A stretch of 34,257 nt of DNA, taken from NCBI GenBank assembly GCA_964014485.1, contig CAXHAT010000079.1:1-34257 (forward strand), read 5' to 3'. The notes beneath the pieces were generated by a model, which was not told where the DNA came from, made no database searches, and worked only from the letters and a program-made list of their open reading frames with translations. How positions within the stretch are numbered: the first letter of the stretch is position 1; every line of letters starts with the position of its first letter. This DNA comes from an uncultured Deferribacteres bacterium (GTDB taxonomy: Bacteria > Zhuqueibacterota > Zhuqueibacteria > Zhuqueibacterales > Geothermadaptataceae). Shown here piece after piece: positions 17,273 to 25,327 of this stretch. Made by a program: the position numbers and the translations under genes.

Positions 17273-18829
17273 ATGCGCAGACGCGAATTCATTCAATGTA
17301 TGCTGCCGCTCGCCGGGACGCCGCTGGTTTTTCCGATGTGGAGCACGAAAAAGCTTTTCGGCGCGCCGCCAAAACTTCGCAAATTCTCCGGCATTCCAGA
17401 TGACGGTCGCGTGCTCGTTCTTGTGCAGCTTGCCGGCGGAAACGACGGACTCAACACAGTCATTCCCTACCAGCACGACAATTATTACAACAGCCGGCCG
17501 GTTCTCGGAATCACTCAGAATCGTATTATGGACATTAACGGCGAATTGGGGTTTCACCCGCAGTTTTCCGGAATGCACGACCTTTATCAGGAAGGAAAAT
17601 TGGCCGTTGTTCAAGGCGTTGGCTACGACAACCCTAATCGGTCGCATTTTAAGTCTACGGATATTTGGATGACCGCTTCCGATTCGGATGATCTCAAAGA
17701 TACGGGATGGCTCGGGCGTTATTTTGACCAAGTCTGTCCGCCTGCGGAAGACGGCGGTTCAACCTGCGAAACTACTGGCCCCCCGGCAATTCAAATCGGG
17801 CTGACTTCTTCACTTGCACTGCTTGGAAAAAATCCCAAAGGCATTTCGCTGCAAGACCCCATTTCTTTTTATAATCTCGTGACGCGCGGCGACGCACACG
17901 GCGGCGATCCCTCGGTTGAACCCAAAACCGCTGCGGAACGAGAACTCTTTTTTCTCCGCGACACCGCCGCTTCCGCCTTCGAATATGCCGGAGACATTTT
18001 GGGCGCATTCGATCAATCCCAAAACACGGTAAATTATCCCGAAGAGTCGCTTGCGGCCCAACTCTCCATCGTCGCGCGCTTAATTTCCGGCGGTCTTTCC
18101 ACACGTGTTTTTATTGTTTCCATCAAGGGCTTTGACACACACGCCGCGCAACAAGGCGTGCATGACACATTGCTTTCCAATGTTTCGCGTGCGATTTCGG
18201 TGTTCCAGCAAGACATTGAAAATCAAGGGCTTGCCGATCGCGTTTTGGGCATGTGCTTCTCTGAGTTTGGCAGGCGCGTGCAAGAAAACGGCAGTGCGGG
18301 AACGGATCACGGTACGGCGGCGCCAATGTTTCTTTTTGGCCGCCCTGCGCTTGGCGGCTTGCACGGCCCGCACCCGGGAATGGCTCCTGATCAACTAATA
18401 AGCGGCGATATTCGCCACCAATTTGATTTTCGTCAGGTCTACGCGACCGTGCTTTCCCAATGGCTGGGTGCGCCGGACGTCAATCAGATTCTTGGCTCCG
18501 GCTTCGAACAATTGCCGTTGATTGATCCGACGACAAATATTTCCGAGGAAGGACAAATTTTGCCGGATGATTATTTTCTGGCGCAAAACTACCCCAATCC
18601 CTTCAACCCAACCACCACGATTCAATACAGATTGCCGGAAACGGCGGAAATCGAACTCTCGGTTTTCAATGCGCTTGGCCGCAAGATCCAGACGCTGTTT
18701 AAAGGCCGCCAAACCGCCGGGTCGCATCGCGTCATTTGGGATGCACGCGGGAACGCCAGCGGCACATACTTCCTGCGGATGCGCGGGCGCGGGATTGAAT
18801 TGGCGCGTGCAATGCAGCTCTTGAAATAG
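17273..18829 (+). CDS. DUF1501 family protein with Tat-like leader and C-terminal secretion-sorting (T9SS type A-like) domain
   Basis: RBS AGGAG (17261-17265) and ATG 17273 (MRRREFI); LAGGNDGLNT, PNRSHFKS, GFDTH and SEFGRRVQENGSAGTDHG; tail LAQNYPNPFNPTTTIQY...ASGTYFLRM...MQLLK. Confidence 0.92.
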   Translation: MRRREFIQCMLPLAGTPLVFPMWSTKKLFGAPPKLRKFSGIPDDGRVLVLVQLAGGNDGLNTVIPYQHDNYYNSRPVLGITQNRIMDINGELGFHPQFSGMHDLYQEGKLAVVQGVGYDNPNRSHFKSTDIWMTASDSDDLKDTGWLGRYFDQVCPPAEDGGSTCETTGPPAIQIGLTSSLALLGKNPKGISLQDPISFYNLVTRGDAHGGDPSVEPKTAAERELFFLRDTAASAFEYAGDILGAFDQSQNTVNYPEESLAAQLSIVARLISGGLSTRVFIVSIKGFDTHAAQQGVHDTLLSNVSRAISVFQQDIENQGLADRVLGMCFSEFGRRVQENGSAGTDHGTAAPMFLFGRPALGGLHGPHPGMAPDQLISGDIRHQFDFRQVYATVLSQWLGAPDVNQILGSGFEQLPLIDPTTNISEEGQILPDDYFLAQNYPNPFNPTTTIQYRLPETAEIELSVFNALGRKIQTLFKGRQTAGSHRVIWDARGNASGTYFLRMRGRGIELARAMQLLK

Positions 18830-18853
18830 CCCGCGAAACGGATAACTCTTTTC

Positions 18854-18983
18854 GGAGTAGGGCTGTCCAAAAACAAGGGGTCTGAATAGCAGGCATACCA
18901 CATGTAGGGGTTAAAAATTTTGAACCCCTACGACATGTTGTGTATCGCTCTGCAAGTTTGATGTTTTTAGACAGCCCCACTCC
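18854..18983. mobile_element. MITE-like element with 22-bp inverted ends enclosing a 28-bp GTAG REP palindrome
   Basis: GGAGTAGGGCTGTCCAAAAACA (18854-18875) pairs with TGTTTTTAGACAGCCCCACTCC (18962-18983), 2 mismatches. Core GTAGGGGTTAAAAATTTTGAACCCCTAC at 18904-18931. Confidence 0.7.
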
Positions 18984-19056
18984 TTACGTTTGCGGCGCGT
19001 GTAACATCAGTTAAAAGAATGGACCCAAAAAAATCGCCTATAAGCAGCAGGGACAA

Positions 19057-19932
19057 TCATCTGGCAAAGCGACCTGCAAATTTCGGCTCCGGCAAACCGC
19101 GAATCCCCGTCTCGATCATAAACAACGAACCCGCGAGCGGCCCGGCTTGTAATTCCGCCTCAGTCAAGTCGACACTCGCTGAAGTGACATACAAATGCGT
19201 TAAATCCGGCCCGCCAAACATGCAGCTCGTTGGGCGCTGAACAGGCAGCTCAATTTCTCGATCTACAGAGCCGTCCGGGGCGTAGCGCACGACGCGCCAG
19301 CCGTCCCATTTTGCGCTCCAAACAAATCCTTCCGCATCCACGGTCAATCCGTCGGGGACATGGTCGTAATCTTTTGCAAAAATTCTCGGATTCGCGATTT
19401 CGCCGGTCTTCAAGTCAAAATCATACGCGTAAATCTCATACTTCAAAGAATCGGTGAAGTACATCGTCCGATTGTCCGGACTCCAACCAAGACCGTTTGA
19501 GCAAATAATATGATCGCGCATTTTTGTACAGGCCCCGTTTTCGTCCAGGCAGTACAAGCAGGCTCGGGGCCGTCGTAAATCATACTCCATTGTTCCCGCC
19601 CAAAACCTCCCGGCGCGGTCGCATTTACCATCGTTAAAACGCAGTTCCGGCGTATTCTCGGGCGGATTAAAAAACATTGAAACTGCGTCCGAATTCGGAT
19701 CGAGCCAGGCGAATCCGTCTTGCAAGGCGAGAAGAATGCGACCGTCCCGCCCGAAAGCAAAACACCCGACGTGCGACGGCGTTTCCCAAAAATTGAATTT
19801 TCCTGTCGCCGGCTCAAGCCTTTGAAGCCTCTGTCCGAGAATGTCTAACCAATAGATCGCTCGTTCTTCCGAAGACCAAACCGGGCCTTCCCCGAGTCTG
19901 TTTTTTGCCTTATAAACGCAGTGAATTTTCAT
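19057..19932 (-). CDS. SMP-30/gluconolactonase/LRE family protein
   Basis: LGEGPVW, RFNDGKCDRAGRFWAGTM, SNGLGWSPD, PDGLTVDAEG and PTSCMFGG. Confidence 0.95.
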   Translation of the reverse strand: MKIHCVYKAKNRLGEGPVWSSEERAIYWLDILGQRLQRLEPATGKFNFWETPSHVGCFAFGRDGRILLALQDGFAWLDPNSDAVSMFFNPPENTPELRFNDGKCDRAGRFWAGTMEYDLRRPRACLYCLDENGACTKMRDHIICSNGLGWSPDNRTMYFTDSLKYEIYAYDFDLKTGEIANPRIFAKDYDHVPDGLTVDAEGFVWSAKWDGWRVVRYAPDGSVDREIELPVQRPTSCMFGGPDLTHLYVTSASVDLTEAELQAGPLAGSLFMIETGIRGLPEPKFAGRFAR

Positions 19933-20005
19933 AACTTTTCTCTCAAGCAGGTTTTTGTATATTCAGGCGCGCCGATTCGCCCGACGACGCACAAAACGCC
20001 TATTC

Positions 20006-20043
20006 CTTTCTCTTCCGCCGCGCCGGCGCAGCGGAAGAGAAAG
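20006..20043 (-). other. Strong hairpin upstream of the SMP-30 gene
   Basis: CTTTCTCTTCCGC / GCGGAAGAGAAAG 13-bp stem, extending to 17 bp with one G-U pair on the minus-strand RNA; CCGG loop. Confidence 0.6.
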
Positions 20044-20062
20044 AACGGTCGTCTTTAAGAAT

Positions 20063-20358
20063 CTCCGCTCTGAAGGATATTGTTGGCGATTTCATTTTCG
20101 AGAGTCGCTTTTGACAATTCACTCAGTCCCAACGGGGCGAAATGGAATAACGAAGGGCAACGCCCTGGAAAAGCGAGACCAGAGACTATTTCTTAGCCCT
20201 GAAAGGGCGTAAAATCTTGGCTCACTTGACTTTATGTCGCCCTTACAGGGCTTGATAATAATGACAATATTCAATGTTTCCAGGGCTTCGCCCTTCGCTG
20301 TTACATTTGACCCCGTTGGGGTCTTTTGAATTCGCCAATAGTATCCTGAAGAGCGGAG
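20063..20358. mobile_element. MITE-like element with 27-bp inverted ends enclosing a mirror-image multi-hairpin (GCCCTGAAAGGGC-type) repeat
   Basis: Outer IR 20063-20089 / 20332-20358 (4 mismatches). The inner region 20126-20323 has CCCAACGGG, GGGCAACGCCC and GCCCTGAAAGGGC mirrored by GCCCTTACAGGGC, GGGCTTCGCCC and CCCCGTTGGGG. Confidence 0.7.
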
Positions 20359-20484
20359 CTAATGAGAATCAAAAGTTGCTCGCAGGCTTTGATCGTGCGT
20401 GCCAAACGACGCGTGCGTAACACCAGTTATATTCTGAAAAATATTCAATAAATTGCGAGCTAAAGAGTACACAAAATTCTCTGC

Positions 20485-21771
20485 ATGAGTTTTCAACGCG
20501 ACAGTTTTCAAGTCCTTGCGTTTCGCATCGCAGCTCTGGCGGCGCAGTCTTTGGCCGGACTCTTTGTGGCGCGCTTGTTGGGCCCAGAAGGACAGGGCGA
20601 ATATGCGCTACTTTTACTTATTCCCGGCATTGGCAGCCAAGCATTTATGTTCGGGATGAATGTATCGAACGCCTGGTTCGTAAGCCGGAGCATGATCAGC
20701 CGCCAACTTGCGCTTTCTCACTCTTTATATTTTTCGCTCCTGGTTGGAATCGTCGTTTTGAGTCTTGGGGTGTTTTTCCAGGACGCATTCTTTGATTTTT
20801 CCGAGCCGCGGCACGTCGCAATTATGCTCGCGGTCATCCCGCTTATTCTTTTTTTCAAAAACTTGCTTGGCGTTCTGCAAGGCGACCAAGTGTTCGGTGC
20901 TTTCGGTTTACTTCAATTTATACGACCGGCGCTGTTTGGCATTTTTTTGCTCGCGCTTTTTCTCTTCGATTCGATTCAGATTGAAAGCGTTGTGCTAATC
21001 TTTCTGGCTTCGCACGCGTTTACGCTCATCTTTGCATTTTTTAACGCAATGGACGGGCGCGTAACTCTGAAATTCGATTTTTCGCTCGTTAAAAAGCAAT
21101 TTCGCTTCGCCTGGAAGTCTTACCTGGCCGGTACTTTCGCCTTTCTTTTTTATCGCATCGATTTGGTTTTTATCGGCTACTTTTTAGATCAAAAATCGGT
21201 CGGCTACTACGCGATCATCATGCTTATCTCCGAGTCGCTTCTCATGCTCGCATCGAGTGTGGGCGAAGTGTTGTTTCCGACAGCGGCGAGGCGGCCAGAA
21301 GAAGCCCCGGCGCTTGTAGCGCGCGTTACCCGATCCGTGTTGGCGATGACCTTTTTGATTTCGGCGGGCTTGGCGATTTTCGCGGAACAGATCGTGTTCT
21401 ATATTTTTGGCCCCGATTATCTGCCAGCGGTTTTGGCCCTGCGCATCGCGTGCTTCAGCATACTCGCGCGCGCCGGGACAAAAATCATCGCAAATTATAT
21501 TTTGAGCGTAGGAAAACCAGGGCTAAATGCCATGATCGCATTTGTCGGCCTTCTACTCAATGCTGTTTTAGATATTCTTTTCATTCCCGGATTCGACCTT
21601 GTCGGCGCTGCAATGGCTGCCGGGGCAAGCGCTTTCGTCATGTTGTGCATCAAAATAATTTGGTTACGAAAAAGAACCAATTGTCCGCTATATTTAATAC
21701 TTGTACCGCAAAAAACGGATTTTGCTTTTCTCACGTCAGAGCCAGGAAAACAGGGATGCCGAAGGCGCTGA
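20485..21771 (+). CDS. Wzx-like oligosaccharide flippase (polysaccharide biosynthesis protein)
   Basis: About 12 hydrophobic segments; ARLLGPEGQGEY, YRIDLVFIGYFL..VGYY, IFGPDYLPA and LFIPGFDLVGAAMA. Confidence 0.88.
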   Translation: MSFQRDSFQVLAFRIAALAAQSLAGLFVARLLGPEGQGEYALLLLIPGIGSQAFMFGMNVSNAWFVSRSMISRQLALSHSLYFSLLVGIVVLSLGVFFQDAFFDFSEPRHVAIMLAVIPLILFFKNLLGVLQGDQVFGAFGLLQFIRPALFGIFLLALFLFDSIQIESVVLIFLASHAFTLIFAFFNAMDGRVTLKFDFSLVKKQFRFAWKSYLAGTFAFLFYRIDLVFIGYFLDQKSVGYYAIIMLISESLLMLASSVGEVLFPTAARRPEEAPALVARVTRSVLAMTFLISAGLAIFAEQIVFYIFGPDYLPAVLALRIACFSILARAGTKIIANYILSVGKPGLNAMIAFVGLLLNAVLDILFIPGFDLVGAAMAAGASAFVMLCIKIIWLRKRTNCPLYLILVPQKTDFAFLTSEPGKQGCRRR

Positions 21772-23048
21772 TTGTTGCGTACTATTTTCCGCCCATTGGC
21801 GGCGGTGGTACGCAACGCACGCTCAAATTCACACGTTATCTTCCAGATTTTGGTTGGGAGCCTTATGTGCTGACGGTAAAAAATCGTAAGCATGTTGTCT
21901 CCGACGAATCGCTGCTGCAACAGCTCCCGCCAAGCGTGCCTGTTCATACTTCGCGCGCAATCTTACCTGCCCAAATGTTGCGAGGAATCTTGGGGCACAA
22001 TCCCCAGCAACAAAAATCCGGCAGCCGTGACGGCCTCTTCACCCGAGCTAAAAAAACCGCCTACACCCTGGGCTTCATACCGGACGAACACATTGGTTGG
22101 CAGCCGTTCGCCATTCGCGCCGGTGCGCGCTTGATTCGTCGCGAAAAAATAAACGTCATCTTTTCAACCGGCCCGCCAAACACTTGCCACCTTATCGGAA
22201 AAACGCTCAAACGCCGAACCGGCCTGCCGTGGATCGCCGATTTGCGCGACCTTTGGGATATGTACCCGGAAAGCTACAACCCGTACAACTGGCAATGGCG
22301 CAAACGTCTAGACGACAAAATGGAGCGAGACACGCTGCTTGAGGCGGATCGTATTATTGTCGTTTCTAACGAAATGCGCCGTCACTTGCTGGAAAAAATT
22401 CCTGAACTGCGGCCTGCGCGCGTCCATGTCCTCACCAACGGCTTTGACCCGGATGATTTTCAAAACGTCCAACCGATCCACAATGAAAAGCATTTTACGA
22501 TTGTACACTCCGGAACGCTTTTCCCCTGGCGGCGCTTGCGACCGATGCTTGCGGCAATGCACAAGCTTTTTCAAATTTACCCGCGTTTTGAGGATGTTTT
22601 GCGATTGAAGCTCTTGGGCGTGGTGCCTTCGCAAGATCGCCTGGACGTTAACACAACCGGGCTTGCGAAATGCGTCGAGATCATGGATTATTGTTCGTAT
22701 CAGGAAAGCCTGGCGCATCTCACCGGCGCTGACGCCTTGCTGCTGCTGGTTGGAAACATCCCTCACGCGCGAAAAATGATTCCTGGAAAACTCTTCGACT
22801 ACATTGGCAGCCGCCGCCCGATTCTCGCGGTCGGGCCTTACGGCGATACGCGCAAACTCGTTCGTGAACAAAATATGGGGTATGATTTTCACCCGGGAGA
22901 AACGGAGAGAATTGCCGCCGTGCTTGCAGCCTGGGTGCGCCAGCGGCAAAACGGGGGGATTCAATTTCAGCCCAACCAATCATCGCAATTCCACCGCCGC
23001 CGCCTAACCCAACGCCTCGCCGAGATCATGCGCGAGATTTGCTCTTGA
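21756..23048 (+). CDS. Glycosyltransferase family 4 protein
   Basis: Likely start ATG 21756 (MPKALIVAYYFPPIGGGGTQR), overlapping the flippase stop; STGPP, PWIADLRDLW, TNGFD and IPGKLFDYIG. Confidence 0.88.
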   Translation: MPKALIVAYYFPPIGGGGTQRTLKFTRYLPDFGWEPYVLTVKNRKHVVSDESLLQQLPPSVPVHTSRAILPAQMLRGILGHNPQQQKSGSRDGLFTRAKKTAYTLGFIPDEHIGWQPFAIRAGARLIRREKINVIFSTGPPNTCHLIGKTLKRRTGLPWIADLRDLWDMYPESYNPYNWQWRKRLDDKMERDTLLEADRIIVVSNEMRRHLLEKIPELRPARVHVLTNGFDPDDFQNVQPIHNEKHFTIVHSGTLFPWRRLRPMLAAMHKLFQIYPRFEDVLRLKLLGVVPSQDRLDVNTTGLAKCVEIMDYCSYQESLAHLTGADALLLLVGNIPHARKMIPGKLFDYIGSRRPILAVGPYGDTRKLVREQNMGYDFHPGETERIAAVLAAWVRQRQNGGIQFQPNQSSQFHRRRLTQRLAEIMREICS

Positions 23049-23126
23049 TTTACCAATCTACAATTCTTCGAGAGGTATGGCTAAAACGCTTTCGTATAAC
23101 TCTTTCGCGACACGCAAACGAGCTTA

Positions 23127-23267
23127 GAGCGTATTTGGAAAGTCCTTGTCTTGTCATTCCGTAGGAATCTTTTTGGGTCGCCAGGCATGAACGTTCCGAC
23201 AGTTGTTGCGGAAAAGTCTAAAAAAGATGCTTACAGCATGACAATTTAGGACTTTCCAAATACGCTC
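23127..23267. mobile_element. 141-bp MITE with perfect 20-bp TIRs and TTA target duplication (IS5-family-like ends)
   Basis: TTA|GAGCGTATTTGGAAAGTCCT ... AGGACTTTCCAAATACGCTC|TTA. It contains an inverted pair of TGTCAT-hairpin repeats (23151-23174, 23221-23244). Confidence 0.85.
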
Positions 23268-23478
23268 TTAGGGTGGGCTCAGCAGTTTATAAATTGCCAA
23301 TCAGTGCTGAAACAAACGAATCTTTCGCCACAGTACGTGAACAGAAATTGGGTTCAAAATGAGATTGATTACTGGAAGGACTGGCCTCGTCGTTTTTCTC
23401 AGCAACTTACCGGCAAATTAAGAAAAGATCGAAGCGTTCGAAATATTTAATCGTGAGATCAACCGTAAAGCTTTGCAG

Positions 23479-24252
23479 CTATTTCCCGATTTTTTTTACA
23501 TCAAGCGTGTACGAAACGTCCTTGTACTCATCGCGAACTGTAAGGTCAAAAAGCGCGGCTTGATTTTGAGACGCTGCGGCGCGCACCACGTCGATGATCC
23601 GATCTTCGATGTACGTGTCTTTGGTCTCTTGCCAGACAAGATAAAGCCGGTACTTCTCGCCTTTTGGCAGGACAAATTTAAAACGGAAGGTCTGCTCTTT
23701 GTCCGGCAGCAATTTCCATTTTTTCGGATAGAGAAATCCTTTTGTTAGATTGCCTGCGACGGTCGCTTTTAGAATGACTTGCCCATTGCCGAGCGATGCG
23801 CTGAATTGTTCCAGATTGGCGATAATCTCGCCTTCGATGGCGCCAAGAGAGTCTGGTAAATCAATTACGTCCGTGTATGGCAGCGGCTCGGCGTCCTCCA
23901 CTGGATCGAGCTCAAAAACAAATTCTTGACGCGACTGTGGCGGCACTTGAACGTTCCGCAGAACGGTTACGTCAAAGTCCGGATATTTTGCGATGACGTC
24001 GTACTCGCCCCTGGGTACGCCCTTGATTTCAAACTGCCCGCCTTCGTTGGTCACCCCGGTAAAATCTGTTCCGCTTAGCTGCACTTGAATATTGGCCAAA
24101 GGGAGATTGTCAACAAGGGAAAGAATCTGGCCGCGGACGGTATAAGTCCGGCCCTGGCCGTTTTGTTGAGAGAAAAGATGCGTGGTCAGAATGAGGATAA
24201 AAAGAAAGGCGCTTCCTGCTATCGCGCGACGATTCATGCCAAAATGAGTCAT
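23479..24252 (-). CDS. Secreted protein with carboxypeptidase-regulatory-like (Cna/transthyretin-like Ig) domain
   Basis: Signal peptide, then TVRGQI...PLANIQVQL.GT...VTNEGGQFEIKGVPRGEYDV. The C-terminal half is unrecognised. Confidence 0.7.
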   Translation of the reverse strand: MTHFGMNRRAIAGSAFLFILILTTHLFSQQNGQGRTYTVRGQILSLVDNLPLANIQVQLSGTDFTGVTNEGGQFEIKGVPRGEYDVIAKYPDFDVTVLRNVQVPPQSRQEFVFELDPVEDAEPLPYTDVIDLPDSLGAIEGEIIANLEQFSASLGNGQVILKATVAGNLTKGFLYPKKWKLLPDKEQTFRFKFVLPKGEKYRLYLVWQETKDTYIEDRIIDVVRAAASQNQAALFDLTVRDEYKDVSYTLDVKKIGK

Positions 24253-24332
24253 GGCCTGATCCTTTGTATGCTTAAACTAATATTTATTAGTCAGTTAATT
24301 TAATACAAAGTTCGCCCGCCCACAACTCTTTT

Positions 24333-25217
24333 CTACGGTTGCCGCCGCGTTGGCGCACTTCTGTCAAGTTGCAGCGTGTCAAAAATATCGCCGCGCGTGA
24401 AATCTTCCGGCGTTTGGAAAAAATCAGGCATGAAAGTCTGGAAGTTCATCGAGTCGATTCTGCTGATTTCAACCACCAAACCCTGTCCGGGCGCTCTTAC
24501 AATTTTCAAGCTCGCCAAGGGGATCGCTTCGGGGAAATCATGCCAAATGTCCGGCTCATCCCCGCCGCGCGCATCGACGTCGTTGCGAATGTCAAGATAG
24601 AACGCCAATAACTGTTTGAGCGTTTTTGTTTTACGCATGCTTGCCCAAACCACGTGGTATTTCGAGCTGTCCTGAAATACGAATTTCCTGCACTGAATTC
24701 CCGCAATTTTCTTTTTCTTAGCCGTCTTTTTGAAATGCGCCTTCGGCTTGACTTGCGAAGAACCGGGATGCGATTCACTATTTTGATTTAACTCACTTAG
24801 AACCGCAGCGCGTTGTTTTTTCAGTTCAGCGACGTTTACTTGCAAGTACTTCTTTTGCGCCCAAAAAATATCAAATAAAACGCCGGCGCTCTTGTCATAA
24901 ATCATCGATTGTCTGCCAATCGGCGATTGCATGTCCATGCGGCTTTTTCCCCCGCTCAAAAATATCGAAGTCTCAGGGTTTTGAAATTGCAGTGAATCTT
25001 TGGCGAGTTTATTCGGGAGATCGTTATAAGATAGCTTCATGACAAACTCGGCGACGGCTCGTAGTTCATTTTTGTCAATTGAAGCGGGCAGGAGTTTGCC
25101 GACTGTTTCGTGCGGCAAAATAAGAAGGGATTGTTTGAAAGCGACGCCCTTCTCAGCGAAAGCGGAAAAAGGAATGAGCAGAAAGAAAAAGAACCAACGT
25201 CCTGTTGTCAGCGCCAT
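24333..25217 (-). CDS. Secreted protein, DUF4412-like
   Basis: Signal peptide from ATG 25217 (MALTTGRWFFFFLLIPFSAFA); KSRMDM...SMIYD...KKY, FKKTAKKKKIAGIQCRKF..VVWAS and FFQTPEDF. Confidence 0.6.
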   Translation of the reverse strand: MALTTGRWFFFFLLIPFSAFAEKGVAFKQSLLILPHETVGKLLPASIDKNELRAVAEFVMKLSYNDLPNKLAKDSLQFQNPETSIFLSGGKSRMDMQSPIGRQSMIYDKSAGVLFDIFWAQKKYLQVNVAELKKQRAAVLSELNQNSESHPGSSQVKPKAHFKKTAKKKKIAGIQCRKFVFQDSSKYHVVWASMRKTKTLKQLLAFYLDIRNDVDARGGDEPDIWHDFPEAIPLASLKIVRAPGQGLVVEISRIDSMNFQTFMPDFFQTPEDFTRGDIFDTLQLDRSAPTRRQP

Positions 25218-25280
25218 GTTGTCGTCCTGAAGTGTTTGATCTAAAAATTTTGATGAATAGAATTTGAGGCTGGTGTTATG

Positions 25281-25308
25281 GTAGAGACGCAAGGCCTTGC
25301 GTCTCTAC
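25281..25308. repeat. 28-bp perfect GTAG REP palindrome
   Basis: GTAGAGACGCAAGGCCTTGCGTCTCTAC is its own reverse complement; 20 nt past the rocD stop. Confidence 0.85.
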
Positions 25309-25327
25309 AGGAACACAATCGAAACTG

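Noticed and set aside
21450..21755. N-terminal 102-aa extension of the GT4 ORF
   Set aside because: It overlaps the flippase in another frame; the family-like sequence starts at ATG 21756.
23077..23450. Possible small gene interrupted by the 141-bp MITE
   Set aside because: Removing the element and one TTA still gives GCT TAG (stop after 16 codons), and the downstream open stretch is in a different frame.
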